From: Mobula hypostoma
Taxonomy: Eukaryota
DNA: 64,000 bases
Reading direction: 5' to 3'
Assembly: GCF_963921235.1 (NCBI RefSeq)
Contig: NC_086097.1
Coordinates: 51,028,001-51,092,000 of the forward strand
Below the pieces are notes generated by a model. It saw only the letters and a list, made by a program, of their open reading frames with translations. It had not been told where the DNA came from and ran no database searches. The position numbers and the translations under genes were made by a program. Below, piece after piece: positions 12,541-24,112 of the stretch (position 1 is the stretch's first letter; the number at the start of each line of letters is the position of its first letter).

Positions 12541-13964
12541 CTCTTTACAGTCCCCCCCCCCCACAACTTATGCTTAAAAAAATTATTTCCACAAGGGTGC
12601 ACACTAATGGGTGCACAGTGATTTGATTGTTACGTTTTCAACTGTGACTTGTATGTCATTTCCTTCTGATGAACATTGAAATCAACTGCAGTTCAAACGT
12701 TAACAATTGTTCTTTTCTTTCAGTAGATGAAAATATAAAAATTCTCACTTCGACTCGAAACGTTAACTGTATTTTTCTTCACAGATACCGCTTGATCTAC
12801 TGAATGATTTACATTACTTAGTTTTTGATTCAATTTTTAACTGCCATTCGTTTAGTTTAACGATATTTACTGTTCAAAATATTCTTAAGATTTATGTACT
12901 CTGCAAAAAAAGGCTGACAAGCTAAGTTGATTCAATAAACAATTTAACGATTATTAATATTGATGTATGTATTATGAATGTCCACTAATCCCTGAATGTT
13001 GCCACCTCGTGACTTCGCTAGGAATTACAAAATATGTCAACTTTATGACTGTAAATAAACAAAGCGAGAAATGACGATGAAGCTTATCTTAATAGGGCCA
13101 GTAACTTAAGTTTTTCGGTTCAAGTGTGTGTGTGTGTATGTATACAGTTGATAATCTGACCAGGTCTGACATAAGTAATTCATTTTCCATTACAATGTTT
13201 CTTCATTTTGTGCTAAAATACATAAATAATATATTAACAGCTAAATTCTGCAAATACTTCCTGTAAATATATTTCACATTAGATGTTATGTAGGTTTTGC
13301 ATAATGATGTGTGATAGATATTTTCTTGTTGTTCTGTTTGGAATGAATGAAATTGTGTACCCTGCCAACAACATTATTGATGGAAAAATATTTTCCATTA
13401 CAACGTAAGTATCCAGTGAAAATACAAAAATAAAGACAGGATGAGGGAAGAATTTTAATTAGTAGAAAGGTGAACTGTTTTTGGTTTGTGCAATCAAAAT
13501 TTAAAGATAGAAGAATGCCTTCAGCAGTATATAAGTAACCAGCTTACCATAGTTACCACAGTCATTTGTTCATGTGGGTGTTTAATAAGCAGTAGTTTCA
13601 ACTCAAACTGAATAAAAGTTCAAATCCTTTTAATGCTTTGCCAGCATCATATTAAAAATGCTAACATAGCTGCATTAATGCACATCTACTTGCAAAGGTT
13701 TGGAGAAGCTTAAATAGAAGCATCCATGCTCCCAGCAGACATCACTCATATATAAAGGTGGAAAGCCAGAGAAACATTGTTCTTGAAACTTTGTAAGGAG
13801 TTGAGTTTGGGGACCTGGGATGGCTGCAACCTTCTGGAGGAATATCAGATTCATGCTAGCCCAGCCATTTCTGCACTACCAGTCAATATGAAGGTCAACT
13901 ACTTTTTCATTTTACTTTTTACTTCTATTTTTATTTCCCCCAGGGTGAATAAAAATAAGGCTGG

Positions 13965-16900
13965 GGCAACTAGAGCAGCCATTGTTGGAGTGGGCCAGTG
14001 TTAGAGTTGGGAGGCTTTGGTTTTGGCTGATCAGGCTTGTGCGAGATAAGTATCTGGTAAGTTTCTTCTTCTTTATTCTTTATTCCTCGCCTGTTAGGAC
14101 AGAGAGAAGTGAGAATGACTCCATGGGCTGTGGTATGTTCTTCGTGTAAGATGAGGGAATTCTGGGAGACCTCCAGCCTCCCAGGTATCTGCAGCTGCAC
14201 CTTCTCAGAGAACATGTCATGGAACTGGAGCTGCAGCTTGATGACATTCTGCTCATACGGAACACTAAGGAAGTGATAAATAGGAGCTACAGGGAGGTTG
14301 TCACCCCTAGATTGCAGGAGTCAGTTAACTGGGTGATTGTCAGGAGAAGGAAGGGAAATTGGTAGCAAGTACTGAGGACCCCTGTGACCCTTCCCCTCAA
14401 TAATAAGCATACCGTTTTGGATACTGTTGAGGGAAACAACCCGGGGGGGGGTGGGGGGAGGGGGAGCTGCAGCGACCGGGTTTCTGCCACTGAGTCTGGT
14501 ACTGTAGTTCAGAAGAGAAGAGAGGTGAAGAGGATTTCAGTAGTGATAGGAGATTCTACAGTTAGGTGAACAGAGATGAGATACTGTGGGTGCAATAGAG
14601 ACACCCAGATGGTATGTTGTCTCCCAGGTTCCAGGGTCAGAGATGGCTCGGATCGACACCATGGCATTCTAAAGGGGTAGCGTGAGCAGGTAAAAGTCTA
14701 GGTACATATCAGCACCAATGACATAGGTAGGAAAGGCGAGGAAGTCCTAAAGAGAGATTTTAGGGTGCTAGGTTCAAAGCTGAAAAGCGAATGGCCAGGG
14801 TAGTAATCTTTGGATTGCTACCTATGCTACGTGCCGGTGAGGGTAAGAATAGGAGCATTTGACAGATAAATGCATGGTTGAGGAACTAGTGCAGGGGTCA
14901 GGGGTTCAGATTTCTGGATCACTGGGATCTCTTCTGGAGAAGGTATGACCTGTACAAAAAGGACAGCTTACACCTGAACCTGAGGGGGACCGATATCCTT
15001 GTGGGCAGGTTTGCTAGAGTTGTTCTAGAGGGTTTATACTAATTTGGCTGGGGAGGTAGAGCCATAGGGATGAGGATGGGGCAGTTGGTTTACAAACAGA
15101 GGCAGTGTGTAGTGAGGCTGCTAGCAAGGAGAGGTTGATGATAGGATAGATTTGCAGTCAATGGAATGAGTTGCAATGTAAGAGGGGGATAAAGTTAAAA
15201 AGGGTGATGAATATAGGACAGAAGGAGATATATTTGAATACACGCAGTAGACAGATGGACGATCTTATAGTGCAATTAGAGATTGGAAGGTATGACAATA
15301 TGGGCATCACTGAGTTGTGGCTGAAGAAATATTACAGCTGGGAACTTAATGTCCAAAGGTACACATTGTATCTAAAGGACAGGCAGGTAGGCAGAGAGAG
15401 GTAATGCGGCTCTGTTGGTAAATAATGAAATCAAATCCTTAGAAAGAATTGAATTGAATTGACCTTATTATTTACATCCTTCATATACATCAGTAAAAAT
15501 CTTTACGTTACATCTTCGTCTAAATGTGCAATGTACAATTTATAGTCATTTATAATAAATACTATGTAAAACAGGCTAGTCAATATAACATAGAAATACA
15601 GTTGTGCCAGCATAAATTAAGCAGTCTGATGGCCTGGTGGAAGAAGCTGTCCGGGAACCTGTTGGTCCTGGCTTTTATACTGCGATACCATTTCCCAGAT
15701 GATAGCAGTTGGAACAGTTTGTGGTTGGGGTGACTCGGGTCCCCAATGATCCTTTGGGCACCTGTCGTTGTAGATGTCCTGAATAGAGGGTATTTCACAT
15801 CTACAGATGCTCTGGGCTGTCTGCACCACTCTCTGCATAGTCCAGCGATTGAGGGAAGTACAGTTCCCATAATGCAGTAATGCAGCCAGTCAGGATGCTC
15901 TCAATTGTGTCCCTATAGAAAGTTCATAGAATTTGAGGGCCCATACCAAACTCGACCATCTGAGGTGAAAGAGGCGCTGTTGTGTCTTTTTCACCACACA
16001 GCCGGTATTTACAGACCACGTGATATCCTCAGTGATGTTAATGCTGAGGAACTTAACACTGAGGAATTCAACCCCCCCCCCACCAGATCCATTGATGAAA
16101 TAGGATCATAAGGTGAATCCTTGTGGGTAGAGCAAAGAAATTGCAAGAGAAAAAAAGACCCTGATGGGACATATATACAGGCCTCCGAGCAGTAGCTATG
16201 ATATGGGCTACAAATTATAATGGGAGATAGAAAAGGCTTGTCAAAACAATGTTATGATAGTCATGGGGAAATTCAATATGCAGATAGATTGGGAAAATCA
16301 GGTTGCTGCTGGATCCTAAGAGGGGGAGTTTATAGAATGCCCACAAGATGGCTTTTTAGAGCAGCTCAATGTTGACACCACTCGGGGATCAGCTATTCTG
16401 GATTAGGTGTTATGCAATGAACTAGAACTGATTAGAGAGCTTAAAGTAAAGCAACATTTTAGGGGTCAGCTATCTTAATATGATAGAATTCACCCTGCAA
16501 TTTGAGAGGAAGAAGCTGAAGTCAATTGTATCAGTATTACAGTGGTATAAAGGAAATTACAGTGGCATGAGAGAGGAGCTGGCCAAAGTTGTTTGGAAGG
16601 GGACACTTGCAGGATGATGGCAGAGCAGAAATGACTGGAATTTCTGGGAGTAATTCAGAAGATGCAGCATAGATACCCCCCCAAAAAAAGCATTCTAAAG
16701 GCAGGATGGCACAACTGTGGCTGACAACGGAAGGCAAAGCCAACATATAGCAAAAAATTAGTGGGAAGTCAGAGGGTTGGAAAACTTAGAAACCAGCAGA
16801 AGGCAACTTAAAAGTCATAAAGATGGAATATGAAGGTAGGCAAGCCAAAATATCAAACAGAATACCAAAAAATTCATCAGATATATAAAAAGTAAAAGAG

Positions 16901-18685
16901 AGGTGAAAGTAGATATACTGTTGGAAAAAGATGCTGGGGAGATAGTAATGGGGGACAAGGAAATGGCGGACAAACTGAGTAAGTATTTTCCATCAACCTT
17001 CGCAGTGGAGGACACTAGTAGTTTGTCAGAAGTTTGAGAATGGCAGGAGGCAGAAGTGAGTGAAGTTGCCAATAGTAGGGAGAAGGTGCTTAAGAAGTTG
17101 AAAGATCTGAAGGTAGATCAATCACCTGGACAAGATGGTCTACACCCCAGGGTTCTGAAAGAGGTGACCAAAGAGATTGTGGAGGCATTACTAATGAACT
17201 TTCAAGAATCAATGGATTCTGGTATGGTTCTGGAGGCCTGAAACATTGGAAATGTCACCCCACTGTTCAGGAAAGGAGAGGTGCAGAAGAAAGGAAATGA
17301 CAGGCCAGTTAGTCTGACCTCAGTGGTTGGGAAGATGTGTAAGTCAATTGTTAAAGATGTGGTTTTGTGGTACTTGGAGGCACATGATAAAACACCCAAA
17401 GTCAGCATGGTTTCCTTAAGGGAAAATCCCACCTGGCAAATCTGTTGGAATTTTTTGAAGAAATAACAGCAGGATAGACAAAGGAGAATTGGTGGATGTT
17501 GTGTACTTGGATTTTCAGAAGGCCTTTGACAAGGAGCCACACATGAGATTTGCTTAACAAGTTAAAAACCTATAGTATTACAGGAAAGATACTAGCAATC
17601 GCTGATTGGCAGGAGGGAAAGAGTGGGAATAAAGGGGAGCCTTTTCTGGTTGGCTGCTGGTGACTAGTGGTGTTCCACAAGGTTCAACGTTGGAACCGCT
17701 TTTTTTTACGCTATATGTCAATAATTTGGATGGCAGAATTGATGAATTTGTGGCTAAGTTTGTGGATGATATGAAGATATGTGGAGGACAGTAGTGTTGA
17801 AGAAGCAGAGAAGCTGTAGAAGAACTTCCACTGATTAGGAGAATGGGCAAAGAAGTGGCAGATGAAATACAGTGTTAGGAAGTGTAAGGTCATGCACTTT
17901 GGTAGAAGAAATAAAAGCATAGACTATTTTCTAACTGGAGAGAAAATTCAAAAATCCAAAGTGCAAAGGGACTTGTAGTCTTCGTGCAGGATTCCCTAAA
18001 GGTTAATTTGCTGGTTGAGTCTGTGGTGAGCAACGCAAGTGCATTGTTAGCATTCATTTCAAGAGGACTAGAATATAAAAGCCAGGATGTAATGTTGAGG
18101 CTTTATAGGGCACTGGTAAGGCCTCTTATGGGGTATTGTTAGTGGTATTGGGCTCCTTATCTAAGAAAGGATGTGCTGACATCAGCGATGGTTCAGAGGA
18201 GGTTCACGAGAATGATTCTGGGAATGAAAGGGTTACCAAATGAGGACCAATTGATGCCTCTGGGCCTGTCATCACTGGAATTCAGAAGAATGAGGTGGGG
18301 GGGGGCGGAATCTCATTAAAACTTTTTGAATGTTGAAAAGCCTCAATACAGTGGCTGTGGAAAGGATGTTTCCTATGGTGGGAGAATCTAGGACCAAAAG
18401 GCACAGTCTCAGAATAGAAGGATGTTCATTTAGAACGGAGATTAGGAGGAAATTCTTTAGCCATAAAGAGGTGACCCTGTGGAATTTGTTGCCACAGGCG
18501 GCTGCGGAGGCCAAGTCAATGGGTAGGTTGATAGATTCTTGATTAGGACATGAAGGGTTATGAGAAGAAGGCAGGAGATTGATGCTGAGAAGGAAATGGA
18601 TCAGGCATGACGAAATAGCAGTGAAGACATAATGGGCTAAATGGCCTAATTCTGTTCCTATACCTTATGGTTCAATGGTCTTATG
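13965..18685 (+). mobile_element. Near full-length degenerate CR1 LINE (ORF1 Zn-finger + SGNH/esterase; ORF2 EN + RT pseudogene)
   Basis: ORF1 remnants VCSSCKM, VVIGDSTVR, HISTNDI and DSLHLN; ORF2 remnants DQSPGQDGLHPRVLKE and RPVSLTSVVGK; many stops and frameshifts. Confidence 0.9.
15447..16100 (-). mobile_element. Rex1/Babar LINE 3' fragment nested in the CR1
   Basis: QRVVQTAQSI and DPSHPNHKLFQLLSSGKWYRSIKARTNRFPDSFFHQAIRLLN; (AATTC)n tail at about 15449-15462. Confidence 0.85.
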
Positions 18686-19179
18686 AAGATGGAGTATCCA
18701 CTGCTAGATCAGAACTAATCGCTTGAAGGTTTAGTAGTGATCTTTCACAGAGGAAGCAGAACATGAAATCCATCATTTCACTTTCCTTACCAAAGTGAAT
18801 GAAATTGTACTATTACAAATCTTTACATCCTGAGAAAATTTATACTAAGAAGGAGTAAGATCCTCTCAGAAACCATCCGAGAAATCATCCAAAACGCATG
18901 TGATTCAACACACTACATGTGAGAAAGCTCCAGGAAGTCAAAAGACGGAATGTGAATTAGTTGCAGTCAAGTAACAACAAAGTCAACCACTGCCCAATCA
19001 TTAATGAAATGAAGGTACTCTCTGTGTGTTAAGAAGATGAGTAATTTTGTTACTCGCTAACCATGAGCTCCTCATCTCCTCAATCAATTGAGAGGGACAT
19101 GGGTGAACAATGTGTTGCCAAGCTATCGCTCCTCTTCCTCTGTGAGTTGTAATATTGGTAGCAACCTTGCATCGGGTCA

Positions 19180-19645
19180 TTGGGGTCTGTCTTCCACCCA
19201 TCCAGGATATTTATCAGGAGCACTGCATATGTAGCGCCCCTAGCATTTTCAACAATCGCTCCCATCATCCCAAAATCATTTTGACCCCTACCATCAGGCA
19301 GGAAGTACCACAGCATTAGGGCAAGGACTGGTAGAATGGGAAACAACTTATTCCCCAGGCTGGGAGATGACTGAACTCCCTGCCGCCACCCAGGATTCAT
19401 CATTTATGAAGTGCCACTAGTGTTACTCTGTTTACTTTTTAACTCATGCTATAAATGCACCTTATGCTAAATGTCAATCTTCTGGAATACATTTTATTAT
19501 TTGTTAAGTTATTTGTGGTAATATTACTTTATGTGTTATATATGTGAGTTATATGTACTGTGTTATGCATCTTTGTCCAGAAGAACATTGTTTCATTTGG
19601 CAGTATACATGTATACAGTTGAATGTCAATAAATGAACTTGAACA
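19180..19645 (+). mobile_element. Rex1/Babar LINE 3' fragment
   Basis: CCATCAGGCAGGAAGTACCACAGCATT...CAATAAATGAACTTGAAC tail. Confidence 0.7.
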
Positions 19646-20090
19646 TTTCTCTCTTGCAAGCAAAGGTGATTATAAAACCTCTGAATATGTGAGGATTAGG
19701 AAACATCTGGGTGCAAGGCATTCAGTGATGACAACTATGATACAGATGTATTACATCCGCTTTTTCAGTCGTGTGAGAGACTTTGATGGTTGCAGAAATG
19801 AGGGAGGTGATGAGGTGCATAGAATTTGTTGATTGTGTTGAGAAGCTTAATACTGTGTGGGTGCGTTGAAGTACATTTGGCAAAGTGAAGAGAGAGCTGT
19901 GGGTGGGTGGATCAAAACACAGGATGTGGGTGAAAGAGCAAATGTACTCACTCTTGCCAAATTAGTTACGTCAATATATTTTTCTGACACTTTCCAAGAC
20001 TAGCACACAATAAAAAATTAAAATAGAAACAGGAATAGGTCACATACACTCAGGCTTGACCAGTTTTGTGATGTCATGGATGATCCTAAA

Positions 20091-20160
20091 CCTTGTCCAT
20101 TTTCCCGATGATTTCCCAAATCCTACCTTGTCCATTTTCCCAATGATTTCCCAAATCCTT
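20091..20160. repeat. 35-bp tandem duplication (2 copies)
   Basis: CCTTGTCCATTTTCCC(G/A)ATGATTTCCCAAATCCT repeated twice. Confidence 0.9.
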
Positions 20161-20289
20161 CCACTCCATTAATGTTCAAACATTGATTAATCTCAGGCTT
20201 GAATTTACTCAATGACTGAGTATCCACAACCCAGCTGGGTGGAGAATTCCAAATCCAAATTGCAAACTACTAACTAATTAGCAAATATG

Positions 20290-20417
20290 AGAAAATCTTC
20301 ATATGCTAGAAATCCAAAGCAACACACACAAAACACTGGAGGAACTCAGCAGGTCGGGCAGCATCTATGGATAAAAGTACAATCGACATTTCGGGCCGAG
20401 ACCCTTCGGCAGGACAG
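20290..20417 (-). repeat. Penelope-type short repeat carrying a hammerhead-like motif (20380-20417)
   Basis: Minus strand: CTGTC CTGCCGA A GGGTCTCGGCCC GAAA TGTC GATTG, then AGATGCTGCCCGACCTGCTGAGTTCCTCCAG... Confidence 0.8.
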
Positions 20418-21161
20418 GCCAGTATTTCAAAAGCATTTCATGTGTGTTGAAAAGTAATCTTGAGAAATGTTATCTCATTTGAGTACACTGTAGCTCATGA
20501 TACTCAATTTTGTTTTCAATGATATCAGACAACTTACCTATTAACTTGTGAAGGAACTGGACAGTTCATCAGTTTCTCTGTCTCCACTATTGCTGTGTAA
20601 TCTGCAAGTAATTTCTAGTATTCCCTTTTGTTTCCAGTTTCAACCATTGCTGTGTTCCCTATCTTACAGTTCCAACATATTCTTTTGTTTTTAATTGCCT
20701 TAATTCATTTATTAACTCAATGACACTAAAAGCTTTCCATCACCTGGATAACCCGATTCCTCACTCTAAAATAGACATTGTTTTCTCCACTCTGCCCTCT
20801 CTGCAACATAATACAGTCTTCTCACTTTTCCAGTTTGGATGGAGGGACACTGACATGAAGTGTTTATTCTGTCACATTCTCCACAGAAACTGCCTACCAA
20901 ATCTTTGCCTTCCTAATTGTTTTCCATATTTGTATGCTTTCTTTTGTAGAAACTTATAATGGAACTTGTTGACATCGGGCATTTAATTACTGTATTCACC
21001 ACCTAAAGCTACTAGCTTTAAACTTCTCAAACTATTTAACACAGCCACATACATTTGTTGAAGTGCCATTTGCCAGCAGTGACTCTAGACCTGCTTTGGG
21101 GGGGATGATGACTCTCAGTTGAGGAGGAAGGAGTTGATCTTGGAGGGTGATCTGCAGAGGG

Positions 21162-21445
21162 CACTATGGTAGAGTAGTGGTAGGTGCAACCCTATTAAAG
21201 CTTGGGGAATCGGAGTTCAGAGTTCCATTCCGGCATCCTCCGTAAGGAGTCTCTCTACATCCTCCCAGTGGAACTTGTCAGTTTTCCCGGGGTGCTCTGG
21301 TTTCCTCCCACGGTCCAAAGACGTACTGGGTAGGTTAAGTAGTCATTGTAAATTGTCACGTGATTAGGTTAAGGTTAAATTGAGGTTGTCTGGGCCTGCT
21401 GGGCTGGAAGGGCCTACTTGCATTCTATCTCTAAATAAATAAATA
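21162..21445 (+). mobile_element. tRNA-derived V-domain SINE (HE1-like)
   Basis: A-box-like TGGTAGAGTAGTGG, B-box-like GAGTTCCATTCC, V-core GGTGCTCTGGTTTCCTCCCACGGTCCAAAGAC, LINE-like tail and (TAAA)n. Confidence 0.8.
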
Positions 21446-22984
21446 ATCTTTGATAGAGCTGGACTTGGAAAGGCTGGCTTTGGGCTGCACCCTGTTCTCA
21501 GGGAGGCAGTAATCTGCTCTAATTGGATGGCAAGAGAGGCATCTTACTGTGGCATGACAGCAGATTTGTGCTCCATCGTGCTGTTGCCACTCACCTGGGT
21601 GCCACTTCAGCAATCCTGTTAACTGAGAGGAGGACAGATTGCTGGACTGCAACAATGCCCTCAAATCCCTTTGCACACTGGTATCGGGAACAATACTGAC
21701 ATTTGAATATACAGTGTATTTCCATTGTAACAACCAGAGATTATGTGGGCTGTAATGGAAGATAAGATATTGGACAAGGGGGAAGTATGATGTTTGGGTC
21801 CATGAAAGATTTAACTCCAAGCTCTGTGAAACTGTGTGTAGTATTTGTACCAGGCATTGTGCAAGTAGAAACCACCAAATGATTAGCCACTGTTGTGGAA
21901 GCTCAGACTCCCCTCTCCATGGATGGTCATTTGTGCTAATGCATCTCTTGAAGGATTTTCAACGCACTGCACCTGTTTCAACATCAGCTTTTGCTGCAAA
22001 TTATCTATGAGTACAGCCTTAAACAAACCAGAGAGTGAGGCACAGGGCCACAGAGCTGTATGGCTCAGAGATATTATGGGAAAAAATTCTAACTATCTAC
22101 TTTACTTTATATAACTCCATCAGGTTGCCTCATTCCTGGACAACACAAACACAGCCTATTCAAGCTCTCATCATGACTAAAGCCCCTCCAATCCAGGCAA
22201 CATTCCAATGACTACTTTCAATTTATCTCTGGTTGCAACTCCAAACACAATGAAGAACTTTTCTGAGCTCTGAGTGCAGGTCTGGACAGATCAAGGAGTG
22301 CTTTCCACTTGTTTCCACAAGTACATGCTCAAGCACATCAACAAAATCTCCTCCTTTGCAACTACAGGTGCAGCCCCAAACACAATGAAGAATATTTTAA
22401 ACTGTACATTTCAGGGCAACACACTGCACTGTCTTTCCCATGAATCACCCAATGTAAATGCAATGGCTGAAATATGTGATGCTTTCTAATTGGGTTGCAG
22501 GAACACATGCCCTCCTGCTTACCATCATGTTAAGAAAGTGTAAAGCAGTGGCAAAAGTGAACCCCAAGTCACAGAACATACTTGAAAAGTTACCCTCCTC
22601 TTCCTGTGCGCTCCCCTATTTACTATATTAATGCTGTCCACATAAAAATGCAGTTGGACTTCTCATATAACAAACACTGTAACAGATTAGAAAACTTTTT
22701 ATCATTACTTACATACATACATCCAAAAGTACCCATTTTGGATGAACAATCATTGTCAGTCTCCCTATAATACATATTTTTGAGTGCTAATGAACAAAGT
22801 GATCCTGCTAGTGAAAACACTCTATGTTTCCATATCCTGTTACTGGTCACCTCTTGTGAACGTATCATGAAACGCAGAATTGAGCAAATCAAAGAACAGT
22901 AAGTAGATTCAATTATTGATTAGATGCTCTTGGAAACTGTATACTGAAGTAGGATTTTTGAGCTAATCTACAAAACATTGTACA

Positions 22985-23910
22985 TCATGTCAAATCAAAA
23001 GAAAAATTCCAAAACATAAGAGTATACAACCATCTCAAAGGTACTGAATATACCTTATAGCTCAGTGCAGCTCCCATGAAATACTGGGAAAATATGAAAC
23101 CACAGCCACATTCCCTAGGTTAGGCTGCCCCCCCCCAAAAAAAAACTTAGTTGCAAGAGAAGAATGGCACTTGTAAGAGAGGTTACTGTGATGCCAGCAG
23201 TCACTCTGAGTGAGGTGCAGAAGTCAGTGGCTGTAACTGGAGATGAATTTCATGGCCCCACAATCTCTAAGGCCTTGCACATAAAGGTATTTATGGAAGA
23301 GTGGCAAGGAAGAAGCCCTGGCTGGAAAAAAAACATATCCCTGCCCATAACAACTTTGCAAAGTGTCACTTAATGTGGAAGAAAGTCTTGTGGTCAGGTG
23401 AGACTAATGTGGAACTTTTTGGCCTCAATACTAAGCGGTACATGTGATGTAAATTTAATATTGCACATCAGCCAGTTAACACTACCCCTACTGTAAAGCA
23501 GTGACTGGAAATCTGGTCAGGATTGATGGGAAGAGGAATGCTGTTAAAACAGAAAGATCTGGAATAAAAACCTGCTAGCCTCTGCCAGAAAGCTTAAACT
23601 GGGAAAGAAGTTTGTCTTTCGGCAGGACAACAACCCAAAGTACACTGCCAGAGCAAGCACTGAGTGGCTTCAAATGAAGAAAGTTGATGTCCTTGAGTGG
23701 CCCAGTCAAAGACATCTCTGGCAAGACCTCAAGATTGCTATCCATCTAACCTGGCACAGCTCGAACAATTTTGCAAGGCGGAATAAGCAAATCTTGCTGC
23801 ATCAAGTTGTGCAAAGATAATAGAGTTATCCAAAAATACTAGTTAAATTGATCAAAATCCCTGGTTATAATACTCATTAATGTGAACAAAGGGCTAGGGG
23901 CTGATAACTT
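22985..23910 (+). mobile_element. Degenerate Tc1 transposase remnant
   Basis: WSGETNVELFG, QDNNPK and EWPSQ motifs in broken frames. Confidence 0.8.
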
Positions 23911-24112
23911 GTAAAATCCTAGTATATCCTAGTGTCAGTCTTCTAAATGCTTTTATCCTCTATTCTATTCCTACACTCTTTGCAAAAGGGCTTCACTCAA
24001 GTTAGTAGATGGTTGTTACCATCAGGCAGGATGTACAGAACTCTGAGTCCACCTTCCCCGACACCACCAGGTTCAAGAATAGCTACTTCCTTTCAACCAA
24101 CCAGAAAAACAT

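Noticed and set aside
12079..12626. Overlapping plus-strand ORFs of 77-126 aa
   Set aside because: Explained by stop-codon depletion in a GC-rich CpG island; no recognisable domain.
12660..12830. CTGATGA...GAAACGTT motif next to the MAP4K5 promoter as an intact hammerhead
   Set aside because: The two boxes are about 90 nt apart with no clear stems; at most a decayed Penelope-type remnant.
14443..14464. G-rich run as a regulatory G-quadruplex
   Set aside because: It lies in the ORF1 of a dead CR1 and looks like homopolymer slippage; nothing indicates function.
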